This document shows, in pieces, positions 27,498 through 44,809 of a stretch of DNA of 64,000 nt (position 1 is the stretch's first letter; each line of letters begins with the position of its first letter). The stretch lies in the NCBI GenBank assembly GCA_965153355.1, contig OZ231126.1, forward strand, positions 43,338,001 to 43,402,000, in the 5' to 3' direction. The notes beneath the pieces are model-generated. The model made no database searches. It saw only the letters and a list, made by a program, of their open reading frames with translations, and was not told where the DNA came from. The translations under genes were made by a program, and so were the position numbers. The stretch is from Flaccisagitta enflata (taxonomy: Eukaryota).

Positions 27498-27985
27498 TTT
27501 GTTTCTGCAGACGAAAAGCTTCTTAACTGGAAGTGAAAATACAAAACTGATATTATCGATTGCAGTATTATTGCTATCCGCTTATCATAGATGTTGTCGA
27601 TGTTGTCGATTCAAGTCGACATCATAAATTTCAGTGCTTCAAAAGCGATGATATCTCACTCGCATAATGCACTTGCATAATGCATGTTCACTAATGGAGT
27701 GATGACATGTCCTTGGATTTGCGAAAAGTAAGTACATGATAATTAATTAGGCAACCGACCGTTTGCTAATGACATAACTTCCAACAAATCTTATACAAAA
27801 CTTGTTTACTCAGACATCAGATCTTCAGTGGCAAAGAGGGTTGGATTACGCGTACATGGAACAAGAGTCTTAAGTCGCAAAAATCCTTGATAGATATTGC
27901 TGAGATGTCAATCATTGCTGCCCATTTTCAAAGATAAAGAAAAACAGAAAGAAAGAAAGAAAGAAAGATAGAAAGATAGAAAGAT

Positions 27986-28060
<75 letters not shown>

Positions 28061-28304
28061 AAAAAACAAACAAACAAACAAGCAAAGAAAGAAAAGAGAA
28101 ACAAAGAAAGAAAAAATGAAAGATAGAAAGCAAGAATGAAAGAAAGCGAGAAGGAGAGAAAGAAAGAAAGAAAGAAAGGAAGTAGAAAGAAGCAAAGTAA
28201 GAAACTAGGCTGGATACACGGCAAGACAGTCGCGGACGGTTGGGCAGGAGCAGTAATGCAAAAAACCACCGGGAATTCAAAAATGTGACGGACGGACCAA
28301 CCTA

Positions 28305-29246
28305 CCGGGTGATCAGCCGGAATTGAGTAAATGTACGATGCCATTACTCCTAAACTACAAAAGCAAATTAGTTGGGGGTGGTCTAGGGTTGAAGAGAATT
28401 GCTGAACGTTTGCTTATATAAAAAGAAATAGCCCCACAATGTTAAAGAAGCAGCCTTCTAAGTCATATTTCAGTCAGAGGGTGCGTTTCTACTCAAAGCC
28501 AGATTCGCGATTCTGAGGCGGGTTTTGAGAAACGCGTTTTTACCGCACACTTTCTTGAAAAAAGTTCTGATCTCCCAGAGGAATTGAACCCACCAAGACT
28601 CAGAGGAAGCATTCTCACTATACCTTTACAGAGTTCGCCACTCTACCACGACGCCACGCGCTTACGCGATAGTATGAGGCAGAGAAATGAAATACATTCT
28701 TTTTGACTTTTGAATGACAAAGCTATATGAAAAAGAATAGCAATTTCATTCAGCAACTGAGCTTTTTCAAAGGACCACCTCACATCTCATAATAGTCCCT
28801 GAGTCGATTTGGAAAAGTGGTGCAATTTTGCGCAGAATCCTCGTCTAATGTCAAGTCATTTCCTTTAAAGTAGAGACATTTAGGGTGAGAAATTGCGGTT
28901 CTTATGATTTTCTTATCAAAACTGGATTAAGAACTCGTCAATTCGGCACCATGAAATGGATTTTAGCTGTACTCAATCGACAAATATACTTAAAACACCA
29001 AGGACATTGAGTTAATGGGAAAAAGTCAATCGTCCAAGTTACTCTAATTTTGGCATCAAGTCCCGATCTTGGAAAAAAAGCAGCTACAGCCATTACTTGC
29101 AAGCATTTTGGTCTACAATATCCATCTTTGGCTGAAAGTAAACGTTAATTAATTTTCTTTATAATAAACTATTGCCCAAGTTTTAACCAACAGTCATTCA
29201 GTCTCAGTGTCCAAAAAGATTTACTCGCTTCCGGCTGATCACCCGG
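28305..29246. mobile_element. Mariner-type non-autonomous element inserted in a family-A HINE (~28203-29297)
   Basis: TA|ccgggtgatcagccggaa ... ttccggctgatcacccgg|TA; perfect 18-bp TIR. Confidence 0.85.
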
Positions 29247-29451
29247 TACCGACTGTCCGACACGGCAAGGTGTAGAGTCGCGTGTCCGCGACTAAAAAAA
29301 GAAAAGAAAAAAATTCACGTCAGTTTGTTTGACTTGTAGCAAAACACTATAAATGTTGATAACTTAACATAGAGGTGACGGCGTGAGATTATTAGTATCA
29401 TTTTGTGTGTCTTTGCTCGCTCATAATTGACAAGCCAATTGTGAAGTTCTT

Positions 29452-30170
<719 letters not shown>

Positions 30171-31348
30171 CATGATGGTAGGGTAGTTGTTTTGCAATTT
30201 TGTTTTGTTTTTGTTTTTTTTTTGTTTTTTTTCTTTTTTTTGTAATTTTGTAGATGAGGTATCCCACGTGAATTTCCCGAAAATTCCGCCAGAGCAAACT
30301 TTCAATCGGCAAGTAGATATTAAGCCCTAAAACACACCTATCCCTAACACTAGCCCTAACCCCCACCCTAACCTTACCCCTAAGACTATCCCAGACCGTA
30401 TCCCTAACCCTAACACTGACTCTACCCCTAACCCTAACTCGTTACCCGCTTTCGAGTGGTTGACCGCTAAAAACAAAAGACAAAAGGGCGCAAAGTCTCG
30501 GTAAACGTGACCACACAGTGGGGGGGGGGGGAGTCGGTATCAACCAAGTTTGGAAATGCCAATCGGACATATGACCAGGCCATGCGAAATCACAAATCAA
30601 CTTAGTAAGTAGGAAAAGTTCAAGAGACTTCGTCATTTACAGTCGTGCCAACCCTACCTTTCCCATAATAAACTTATTGGGAAACAAGGCCAGATACACG
30701 GCCACCCTAGTTGCGTGCGGGTGGGCAGGAGCAGTGCTGGAGAAGGTCACCAAAACATTTGGGCAGGAGCAGTAGGCTCAAAAAGCTCAAAAACGCCAAA
30801 AAAGTAAAAAGGGGACCGACCAACCGACGGACCGACTGACCGACCGACCGACCGACCGACCGACCAGCGGACCGACATAGCGGGGTGTAGAGTCGCGTAG
30901 CACGCGACTAAAAATCGAAAAACGTTTTTTGATTTTTTGAGTCCTTTTTCGCTTGAGCCGATTTGAGAAAGTTGGGGCACGACTAGGCTCGCCCGAGACT
31001 GGGTTTGAAATTGGTGCAGGGTGAAAGAGGGCACTTTTTTACACCTTCTGGAAAAAAGCAGAGCACTGTCAGACCAAAACTATAGGCACTATGAATTTTT
31101 TAATCTTTTTTTATTTTTTCACATTTTTTGCATTTTTCTTAAATATCAATATTTTTCATTGATCTCAATTTTGGGTTCTATGTAACAATAGAAATTAGTT
31201 CAACAGTCAGGCATTGACTAACTTTTATGACCGACCAACTGACCAACCAACTGACCAACCAATGGATGGACAAAGCAGGGTATAGAGTCGTGTAGCACAC
31301 GACTTAGAAAATATTTCTTACAACTTTCTGCTGCTCCATCTTGGTGCT

Positions 31349-31454
<106 letters not shown>

Positions 31455-31563
31455 GAGACAGAGAGAGAGACAGAGACAGAGACAGAGACAGATGGAGACA
31501 GCGACAGAGAGACAGAGACAGAAAGAGACAAAGAGAAATAGACACACACACACACGCACGCAT

Positions 31564-31611
<48 letters not shown>

Positions 31612-31617
31612 GCATAT

Positions 31618-31688
<71 letters not shown>

Positions 31689-31886
31689 CAAAAAAAAACC
31701 TGCATGAAGCAAAATGAAAGAGAAAAAAAACAGAAATGAGGAGATAGAAAGAACTGAAAAAAACAAAAACAATCTTAAGATTTTTTTCCGATCGGCCGCC
31801 TTTACTGGTAGTATTGTGCACACTTTGGCCATATGTCCGCGTGGCATTTCCAAAGTTGGTTGATACCGCTTTGGTTGATACCCCCC

Positions 31887-32030
<144 letters not shown>

Positions 32031-32056
32031 ATACAGTAAGCCTGGTTTTTCTTGAG

Positions 32057-33507
32057 CAGTGTCCCCAAGTGGTTTTTGGAGCTACTATCCAAGTTGATGG
32101 CCATTACTATCTAGATAGTAGCTAATTTTTTTCCTTCACTATCTAGTTTACTATCTAGACATAAAGATTATACTACAAGGCAGCGCCGACAAAGCTGCAA
32201 TCGCTTTTAAAGCTTAGTTTTGCTCAGTCCTTTGAAATGCACTTAAATATAGCTTAATTGAATGTTTGTATGATTTTTCTATGTTTCTAAGACAAATTGA
32301 CAGTTTGGAAGTTTTTGACCTGACATGCTCAGATCCTTCATGTTTGTTGGCTAAATGCACCACTTTATAACAAAAGGAATTCCCTATAGAAATTCTTACT
32401 TATCAGGTCATTCAAAACATGGATCTTAACTCACACAATTTTTTGTAGTAAAATATAGGAGAGAGAAACAAGAGGAGGATAATCAAATCTTTCCTGTGTA
32501 TTTTCTATATGGTATGCAATGGGTCCAGGTTTTGTGTTATATCATCAGCTGAAAATTGTACAGAGGCCAATTTCTTCCTGAGTAACAAGGATAGCTTTCA
32601 GTTAAGAGTGGTTCTTGCTTGTATTCATCCCTATCTATAAATAATTTGACCCAAAGCAAAAGTTACAAATTGTGAGAGATAGTGAAAGCTTCAAAAGCTC
32701 TCGTTCTTGATTTATATGGGTCTAACACTTGGTACACTCCGTAATCTGGGGTGAGATTAAACCCTGGTGGTCGCTTAGGGTTTAACCCTGAGTTAACCAA
32801 AAGCAACTCAAGCTTGTTCGTCGTTGCACTGGGTTTGCTCGGGGTTGCTCTGGGTTTGCTCGGGGTTGCTTGGGATAGCTTAGAGTTGCTCGAGGTTGCA
32901 CTGTTAGAAACAACTCCACTATGATCAATAACAATAGTGCTTCACTGTATGACAAACAATTACATCAACCCGAGCAAACCCCAGCAACCCTGAGCAACCC
33001 CGAGCAAAATTTGAGCAATTCCAAGCAACCTTGGGGTTTCATCTCATTGTTTTACGTTACGGATTACCTGGTGTGGTAGCCCGGTCCAAATTTCATATCA
33101 CTAACTTCATAATTTTTCATTCAAATAGACTTACAAAAAAAATTGAAATTCTCATTATTTTCAAATTAGACATTTACTTTATTCTGTTATATATATTTTG
33201 AATAGATCAGCAATGTCTTTATGCATAACTTTAACCAGAATATAAGTTAAATAAACTCAAAAGTAAAGTTTAGATATTCATTAAAATGTTTTTTAAGATT
33301 TTATTGGTTTGACTATTGTATTTAAATTTTACAAAAAAAAGAAAAAAAAACTCAAAAAATTAAAGAAATTTCTAGTATCCAGCACTATTTAAATAATTTC
33401 ATTTAGTATCTAAATCAGTAGCTGGTATCCAGATTATATTTTTACTATCTAAAGTACCTCCATTACTATCCAGATCTAGCTACTAACTATCCAACTTGGG
33501 GACACTG
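32057..33507. mobile_element. hAT-type non-autonomous element directly upstream of the kinase-KEN gene
   Basis: Perfect 14-bp TIR cagtgtccccaagt / acttggggacactg; 8-bp TSD TTCTTGAG at 32049-56 and 33508-15. Confidence 0.9.
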
Positions 33508-33549
33508 TTCTTGAGTCATATCGAGTATTTCTTGTACCGGCTTGTCCGG

Positions 33550-34055
33550 CCTTCTCATTGGCTGTTCTCTTCGAAATCCTTCGATCTCGATCCATTCCTT
33601 GGCCGAGTCTTCCTGTCGTTGCTTTAAAAATTCTTTCGCGTCTCTGTTGTTGTTGAATCTCGATCTTTCTTAACGAGATCCTATCAGAAATGTCACACCC
33701 TCAGAATACCGAATTGTAAGCACTTTACAGCGTTTTATTACAATTTTTAAAACATCTAAACCGTCAATCAGAACCATGTTATTGTAAATTGTCATCAAAA
33801 GTGAAAACAGCGAATTTACTGGGGAATGATCCATTAAGATGGAAATCTATTTGCATGAACCAAATTGCCGGTTTTATACATAGACCATTTCAAATACGTA
33901 TGCAAATCAGCTTAATCATCTGAAATTTGGAGTGCGTGAACGTTTTTCTCTCTTCCGTAAAAGGAAATGCGATGAAAATCATGATGGCATAGTGTAGAAA
34001 AAGTTTGGTCACCAAATACGAACTCATCATCCGATGGTAAGTTGTTGTTGTTGTT

Positions 34056-34097
<42 letters not shown>

Positions 34098-34141
34098 GAA
34101 AAGACTAAAAGCTAATACCGAGTTTTTTTTCTTACAGAAAC
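33550..34141 (+). promoter_or_regulatory. Probable promoter and spliced 5' UTR of the kinase-KEN gene
   Basis: Inverted CCAAT (attgg) at ~33558; donor gtaag at 33716; acceptor before 33964; donor gtaag at 34037; acceptor ttttcttacag before 34138; AAAC-ATG at 34142. Inferred from splice signals only. Confidence 0.4.
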
Positions 34142-34362
34142 ATGTCCGAGGACATCGAATTTCCACTTTCCAACGTAACCATTCATCGTGACGCTGCCTC
34201 CAGAGTTGACAAATACCGACAGAACTTGCCGGGAGCTTGTTCTCTCTACTTGGCGACGATCCAAGATGCCGGCCAACCTGTGGAAGCCATCGCCAAAATC
34301 ACCAACGTGGCCAATGATGCAGTCGCGGTCAAATTGCTCACTAGCGCAGAGATTCATCGCGG
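34142..34362 (+). CDS. IRE1/RNase L-like kinase-KEN protein, coding exon 1 (kinase N-lobe)
   Basis: AAAC-ATG start; MSEDIEF...EAIAKIT...AEIHRG; phase-2 donor GG|gttggc joins exon 2 in frame (G-LHDHRNITKV). Confidence 0.75.
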
Positions 34363-34631
34363 GTTGGCTTTTGTTTTGTTTTATTTTGTTTTGTTTTGTT
34401 TTGTTTTGTTTTGTTTTGTTTTGTTTTTCGTCTTTCCTCATTTTTGGGATCCAAATCTTTCGGGATCCAAATATTTCAATGTTTGCTGCACCCAAACGTT
34501 ACAGACCGACGGACCGACGGACGGACCAACAGACGGACGGACCAACAGACGGACGGACCAACGGACAAAGCCTCCTATAGAGTTGCGTGTCCGCAACTAA
34601 AAATCAATCACTCTCTATCCCCCAAAAACAG

Positions 34632-35144
34632 TCTGCACGATCACCGGAACATCACCAAAGTGTTGGGCATTTACCGCGAAGGCGATCGCTTCATCCTGCT
34701 GTTGGAAAAGGCGTTGGCGTCGACGCGCGATCTCATCAACCCCGTCAACGACGAGATGAAGGACCTCCGCGACAAAGTGTTGGAGGCCATGAGCATGAAG
34801 CAGATCGTCAAAGACATTCTCCACGCTTTGACGTACATCCACTCCAAGACGGACGACCACAACGACAAAATCACGCATCGCGACATCAAACCGGAAAACA
34901 TCCTCATCATGCGCAACGAAAGAGACGGCAAATTCGTCGTCAAATTCACCGACTTTGATTCGTCGAAACAGTTGGAAGTGGACGAGAGAGTCAGCATAAC
35001 GACCAACGTGACCACGGAGGCTTACAAGGATCCCGCCATCGATAACAAGAAGTCGGAAGAAGAGGAAGTGGTTATCAAGGATTACGAGGATGGAGACGTT
35101 TACGCAACTGGCGTCTCGTTGTTTGAATTCCTCGGCGATGGCAG
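34632..35144 (+). CDS. IRE1/RNase L-like kinase-KEN protein, coding exon 2 (catalytic core)
   Basis: HRNITKVLG, HRDIKPENILI, KFTDFDSSKQL, DVYATGVSLFEFLGDG; acceptor cag at 34631, donor AG|gttggt; 513 nt, phase 2-2. Confidence 0.92.
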
Positions 35145-35362
35145 GTTGGTTTTGATTGTCTGTATAAGATTGATTAAGCGAAGAACATTAAGAAATAAAG
35201 CTTTTTAACAACTTCGATTAGGGGTATGTATACAGCCCTTGGACTAGCTCGTGCGTGGTTAACTACCAGTAAAGGCGGCTCTCGCCGACCGGAAAAAAAT
35301 TGTAAGGGCTGTTTTGTGTGTGTGTGTTTGTGTGTGTGCATGTGTGTGTGCGTGTGTGTGTC

Positions 35363-35433
<71 letters not shown>

Positions 35434-36371
35434 CCCTCCCTCCCTCTTTTCCTCCCCCCTCTCTCCCTCTCCCTCTCCATCCCTCTCACCCTCCTTCCCT
35501 CTCCCTCCCTCTCTATCCCCCTCTCTCTCTCCCTCTTCCTCCCTCTCCCTCTCCCTCTCCCCCTCTCTCTCTCCGTCCCCTCTCTCACTTTCTCTCCTCC
35601 CCTCTCCTTCTCTCTCTCCCTCTCTCCCCTCTCCTCCCTCTCCCTCCCTCTCCCTCTCCCTCCCTTCCTCCCTCTTTCCCTCCCTCCCTCTGCCTCCCTT
35701 CCTTCCTCTTTCCTCCCTCTTCCTCCCTCCCTCTCCCTCCCTCCCTCTCCCTTCCATCCCTCCCTCCTCTCCCTCCTTCCTCCTTCCTCCCTCCCTCCCT
35801 TCCTCCCCCCTCTCCCTCCCTTCCTCCCTCTCCCTCCCTCTTCCTCCCTCCATCCCTCCCTCTCCCTCCTTCCCTCCCTCTCCCTCCCTCCCTCTCCCTC
35901 CCTCGCTCCCTCCCTCCCTCCCTCACCCTCCCTCCCTATGCCCTCTGCTGAACTCATTTTTATTGTTACTTAGGGCCAAAAATTGAGATCAATGCAAAAT
36001 ATAGATCTTTGAAAAATGTGCGGAAAATGTGAGAAAATAAAAAAAGATAAAAAATTCATAGCGCCTAAAGTATTGGTCCCACAGTGCCCTGCTTTTTTCC
36101 ACAAGGTGTAAAAAAGTGCCCTCTTTCACCCTGTACCAATTTCAACCCCAGCCACAGGCGAGCCTAGTTCTGACCCAACTTTCTCAAATTGGCGCAAGCG
36201 AAAAAGGGAAACATTAATTCCTAACCCTGGACTCAAAAAATCGAAAAACGTTTTTCGATTTTTTTCCCAATGATAACTTGTTGGATAAGTTCACTTGTGG
36301 AGCTTAGGGGTAGGCGCAGTCGGGCAGGGTCACCATCTGTAGCTCACCAAGGAGAGCACTCGAGTCTTGAG

Positions 36372-38696
<2,325 letters not shown>

Positions 38697-39424
38697 GTCT
38701 TGAGGCTCGTGCCATCTCGGCATGCTCATTTTATCGCGGCGGAACGCTTGGTTATTTTCGTAATAATCATTCATACAAATTCCACGAGTTTTTATGAGTA
38801 AAATTACGTGATGTTTGATTTTTTTTTGTTTAAGTTAGTAAGCTAGCTATTAGTTTTCGCATTTTCTGCAAATATTAAGTGCCTCATATGGTAGCTCCAA
38901 TTTTCGCATAATTTCATTTGATACCAGATGGAATACACATAAAACCTGTTGACAGCTTCATGCAAATTAGGTTTTGGACTCAATCCCAAGAAAAATGTTG
39001 TTTGTTTGTTTTGTTTTCATTTTTTATACTTTTGTTGAGAGAATTGCATTGCGGTTTTAATCATTCAAATGAAAAAGACAAGGCCGAATACACGGCTACC
39101 CAAGTCCCGTCCAGGTGGGCAGGGGCAGTGATAAAATAGACCAGCTAGGCAGTTGGGCAGGAGCTGTAACCCCAAATTCGCCCGTAAACGCCGTAAAAGC
39201 AAAGTGTTACTAATTACTGACCGACTGACGGATGGACGATCCAACGGACAGAGCAGGTTTAAGAGTCGCATGCACGCGACTAAAAAACCTTAATGTACAA
39301 TATTTGATAGATGGGATTTAAAATTATTGTAGAAAGATACAATCATTTTATGACGTAGTAATGTAATGCAAAAATGTTAGTTTTGAATTTCACATGACTA
39401 AAAAATTTTATCGAGAATAAACGA

Positions 39425-39518
<94 letters not shown>

Positions 39519-39524
39519 AAACAC

Positions 39525-39644
<120 letters not shown>

Positions 39645-39744
39645 ACACCCACTTAAACACACGCACACACACTTACGCACACTTAAACACGCATACTTAA
39701 ACACTTACGCACACTTAAACACTTATGCACACTTAAACACTTAT

Positions 39745-39872
<128 letters not shown>

Positions 39873-39921
39873 CATACTAAAGAAAAAAGATAATTTTTTT
39901 TCGCCGTTTTCTCCTCCAAAG

Positions 39922-40943
39922 GTACTTGTTCCAAGGCACCAACAATCGTCACACGGCGAGTAAAATCAACGCCAACGACCGATCGAACCTCATCGAGGCC
40001 GACATCGACGAACTGGCCAAAAACTTGATCTACACGATGACGCAGCCGCTGCCAGTCGACCGCATCCCAGCCCAACAGGCCGAAAACCATCTCTACTTCC
40101 AAGACGACGGATTCCATTTGCGCACGCTCAATGCCATCAACGAGGCGCTCATCGAATTGGACGAATTCGATCCGAAAACCAAAATCATCCTCGACGCTTT
40201 GAACGAGTCCTTCTTCATGGTTTTCGACAACGAATGGAAGAAATTCCCTTTCGTCATTCCGGAAATCTTACGTAATTCCAAATACGCCGACGATTTCGCC
40301 GCCTTTTTGCGCTTCTGCCGCAATTTGACCGTCCACGCCGGACAGCACAAGGAGCATCTCGTCAATCATTACGGCGTGGAAGTGTCGGACGTGGAATTGC
40401 TGAGGATCATCTTGAAAAGTGCGCCGCGATTCGTCGTGCATTTGTACTGGTTCGCCAAACGTCATCTGTCTCATCTAACGCATTTGGAGTTTCTGGCGAT
40501 GTTCCCGGAGCAATGCGCCGCCGCCTACGAGGAGTTGATGGTCGAGGTTCGTAAGAATATTCCCGGCGGTTGGGATGCCGCTTACACACGAGTTTGTTGT
40601 CGGGATCCTGCGTCAGCGTCGGGAGCTTCCGGTTCAGCGTCGACGCCCGTGGACGTGGAAGCCGGCGCCCGCGAGGCGTTTGAGCGATGCCAGAAGCAGA
40701 TCCTCCAAATCCTCAACAAATCCGAACGCGACTTTAAGGATTACAAAGTCGAGGCCAAGCAGTGGGAGAGAGAGAAGAACCGTCTCGAGAAGGAAGTGGA
40801 GAATTTGAGGAAAAGCGGCAGATCAAAGGATGACGTGGAAGTCTCCGAGGCAAAACTAAAGGCGCATTTGGAGAAAGAACCGCCGCTCAAGTGGATGCTC
40901 GATGCCAGAGATCTCATGCGTAAACCGGAAAAGCTGAAAGAGA
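39922..40943 (+). CDS. IRE1/RNase L-like kinase-KEN protein, coding exon 3 (kinase C-lobe end, KEN RNase domain, coiled coil); unspliced ORF stops at 40978
   Basis: Acceptor ttttctcctccaaag; AKNLIYTMTQPLPVDR...HLYF (subdomain XI); KEN motifs W, KYADDFAAFLRFCRNLTVH and PRFVVHLY; charged heptad-like C-terminal part; phase-1 donor A|GTGAGT at 40943. Confidence 0.9.
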
Positions 40944-41257
40944 GTGAGTCTTTAAAAACTCTTTATGATGCATGTTAAATGAAGATTTCATCTTAATGCA
41001 TTGCACTACATTGTTCTCACATAATGTTTTTGCATCTTATTACAATTTATCATCGTTGATGGGTAGTCAATGACAGAGATCACAAGTATCACATTGATGG
41101 CATAACTATGTTGTCCATATCACTAATTCAGATATTTTTTCCATCCACTACTAACGCTTTGTCAATTACTTGATGACAGGCAACTCGTTCATAGATACGC
41201 TGCAATACTCAATTTATTTTCCACCATGGACCAAACAATCGTGCACTTGAGAATATA

Positions 41258-41433
41258 CAGTCGGATTCCGCAATAACGGCCCCGCTTTTAAAGGTTCCCC
41301 ATCAATAAAGGTCAACATTTTAAGGTCCAAAAGGACAGTTTCTAATGTAATTTCAACTCTCTTTAAAGGTGACCCTGAGATAAAGGTGAAAAAGCTTCAG
41401 TCCCAATAGGACCGATGAGGCGGGGTCCTACTG
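41258..41433 (+). mobile_element. 176-bp MITE, TA TSD
   Basis: cagt...gcggggtcctactg; the empty site is visible in copy 2 at ~44626-44645. Confidence 0.9.
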
Positions 41434-41446
41434 TATAAACAAAAGA

Positions 41447-41516
<70 letters not shown>

Positions 41517-41870
41517 ACACACACACACACTCACACTCACACACAGAGGCAGACAAAGAGAGGTACTTATTAGTATTCAATAACAATTAAAAAAAAAGTT
41601 TTTAGTTCTAGAAACAAGGCCGGATACACAACCAATAATTAGTCGCTGGTAAGTGGGCAGAAGTATTAATGCGGGTGGGTAGGGGCATTATGGGACAGGG
41701 CGGGGCTGTGATGTGGTGAGGCAGGAATAACAATGCGCAGAAAAAGGGTAACGGATGGACCGACCAATGGACAGACAAACTTTTTTATAGAGTCGCTTAG
41801 CCAGCACCTAATCTAGTGAGATATATCAACAAACGTGTCCTAACACTCTCTCTCTTCTATCAAAATTCAG

Positions 41871-42056
41871 GTAGAGAACCTTCTAGCTCAGGAATCAAGG
41901 AGCCCACGTCCATGGTGGAAAAGAATCGTAGTGGCAAAACATTTTGCCTTGCCAAACATTTAACTCTGCCAAACGGTGCTATTTTCATTGCCATCTTTGC
42001 TGTCATCATTGCCTTGCTCATGTTTCTAGTCTTCAAGTGTGAAACTTCTAGCGAAG
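41871..42056 (+). CDS. Duplicated transmembrane exon, copy a (use in mRNA unknown)
   Basis: ttcag acceptor, G|gtaaat donor, 186 nt, phase 1-1, open frame; GAIFIAIFAVIIALLMFLVF. Confidence 0.5.
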
Positions 42057-42076
42057 GTAAATGCAGTATAATCCTA

Positions 42077-44503
42077 CCGCCACATGCACAAGTTGGGCTA
42101 CATTTAAAAAAAAAATTAGTAAGGAGGCTAAAAAAAGCTCAATCTTGTGTAAAAAAAACCTGGGGAATCCAACTGTGACCTACAGGGGGGTGTTTAGAAA
42201 CAGCACCTAAAAAAACACCCAAAATAGCTTTTTTTGGGTATTTTTGGACAAAACTTGGTACTTAAATGGAGGCCAAGTGTTTAGATTCATAGTCTGGGAT
42301 GCTTCATTTTTTTTTTCAGTTTTATTATTTCACGTCAAATGGTCATATCTTCGCCATTTTTTGTAAATACACTGCGAACCAAAAAAAAGGGAACAGCTGT
42401 TGTACAAGATATTTTTGTAATAAAAAAAATATTTTTTTGATATTTTCTTTATGAGATATGGAAAGAGTGTCATCAAATGAAGCCAATGTTACAAATTCCA
42501 TAAGTTTATATCAATTATTTTAGATTTTATAGTAAAAAGAAGATATGGTGTCAGAATCTGTGTATGAACTGTGAATGCTTCAAAAGATATAAAAAAGGGA
42601 CCTTTTTTATTTGATTTTTAGCCTTTGCAGTACAGGAAATCAATTGATATTATAAACCATTTGAAAATTATTTGAAAGAGCTTTCAATTGCCGCCAATCT
42701 CACATTTTAGCTCAATTCGCTTAGACACAGTAAAAAAAAGAGAATATTGATGTTCAAGTTTGAAACGGTGCATAACCAAAATGTATCTATTTAACTTTAA
42801 ACTAATGCGATTTCCAAACGAGTAAAGCTTTTAGGCTGGGATTGGTCTAGAATGAAAGATTTTTTGAAGATCTTTCAAATGGTCATTGTTTTTGTTTACT
42901 TTCTTCTATTCAAACATGGATGTTATAAGAGGGGGAAAAGATCCCTCATTTTTTAAATTTTTGAGATGAAAAATATCTATCTTTTGTCAATCATAAAAGG
43001 TTTAAATCAAGTGAAAACCTATCAAAATCCATGACATTGAGAAAGCCCTTGAAAAAATCTGTCATTTGAGCTGTTTCTGGAGTTACTAGCTCAATTTGTT
43101 TAGAAATTACAACAGTTTTACTAAAATTTGTCCTCTATAAACTATGAAAGAAAATCTATTGTTTTCCCACTTAGGTTTTGATACATTTGTCTTCATTTTA
43201 ACATAGAATCCAAAGGAATTGATCAAATTCGATGGGACTGGTGGCAAATTGTTCATTTTTTTCAAGCTCTTCAAAATGCTCATGAATAACAATTTGATTT
43301 ATTAAATTTAAATTATGTAAAATTAGAATGAAAGTTGTTTCTTTGTTTTATGAGTTGCACTGTAAGGTCTGAAACTTCTTTTTGAACCTCAAAACCTCAA
43401 AACCTCAAAACATATCATATCAGTAAAATAGGGTTACCCTGACCTTTAAGTAGTGTTTTTAGGTCAATGAACTCAAAAAACATGAATTTTTTTGAGCGAT
43501 TTTTAGTTTTTCAGGCCAAATTTCCCTATGAGGCCGTTTAGAGAGGGCCACAAAATTTTACATGATGGTAGTTGCAATAATTAGAAAATTCTGTACCAAA
43601 TTTGAAGGGATTCCAAGCATTTCTGTAGCAACAATGAAAAAAATTATATCTATTTTTCGCTTTAGCCACCCTTTTTTAGCCTTTTTAGGTACCCCATAAT
43701 CGCACCATCATCATGATTTTTGTTTTCCTAGTCTAATCTTGAAGTGTCCCCAATAATGAATTCAAACTATTGGGACCCCTTTTTGTACCAAATTTTTTCT
43801 ACAAATCCCAAAAAATGGCCATTTTCTGCATTTTTCATTTTTACCATGTCACTTCAAATGGTCTTATCTCAGCCATGTTATAGAAATATGGCCTGGAATT
43901 TTTTTGGGAACTTCCAAACTTGTTATATTTTCAAAAAAGATACCCTGACCTTTGAATATTGCTTTTAGGTCAATGAACTCAAAAACATGATTTTTTTAGC
44001 AATTTTTGTTTTATAGGGCCAAATTTCCCTATGAAGCCATTTAAGGAGGGCCACAAAATTTTTCATGATGGGAGTAGCATTAATTAGGAACTTTCATTTC
44101 AAATTTGAAGGCATTCCAAGCATTTTTGTAGCCACTATGAAAAAAAAACTATTAATTTTTCGCTTTAGGGGCCCTTTTTGTGCCTTTTTTGGGACCCCCT
44201 AATAGCCCCACCATCATGATTCTGGTTTTCTTAGTCTCTTACATCATGAAGCATCCCCAACTATGAATTCAAACACTTAGCCTCCATTTAAGTGCTAAAT
44301 TTCTGCCAAAAATACCCAAAAATAGCCATTTTTGGTTGTTTTTTGAGTGCCGTTTTTAAACGCCACCGTATAAGGCTCTAAAAAGGTTACAGTTAGATTC
44401 CCCAGGTTTTTTTACACAAGATTAAGCTCTTTTTAGCCTCCTAACTCATTTTTTTTTTTGCGACTAAAAATAATGCTGCTAGCTCAACTCGTGCATGTGG
44501 CGA
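42077..44503. mobile_element. Non-autonomous TA-flanked TIR element (~215-bp imperfect TIRs, internal ~506-bp-period duplication)
   Basis: TA|ccgccacatgcacaagttgggcta ... tagctcaactcgtgcatgtggcga|TA; repeat blocks start at ~43435 and ~43941. Confidence 0.85.
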
Positions 44504-44668
44504 TATTTTTTCCATCAACTACTAACTCTTTGTCAATTACTTGATGACAGGCTAAGGCAACTTGTTCATAGATATGCTGCAATACTCAATTTATTTTCCA
44601 CCATGGACCAAACAATCATGCACTTGAGAATATATAAATAAAAGACCAAGAGAGAGAGAGAGAGAGAA

Positions 44669-44809
<141 letters not shown>

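Larger units (their letters stand above)
41133..42076 (+). repeat. Direct duplication, copy 1 (copy 2 at 44504-45523)
   Basis: Both copies begin tattttttccatc and end ataatccta, with the same microsatellite, HINE and exon order. Confidence 0.92.

Noticed and set aside
35226-35973. Pro/Ser/Leu-rich and Gly/Arg/Glu-rich ORFs
   Set aside because: Intronic polypyrimidine (CCT/CT) low-complexity tract.
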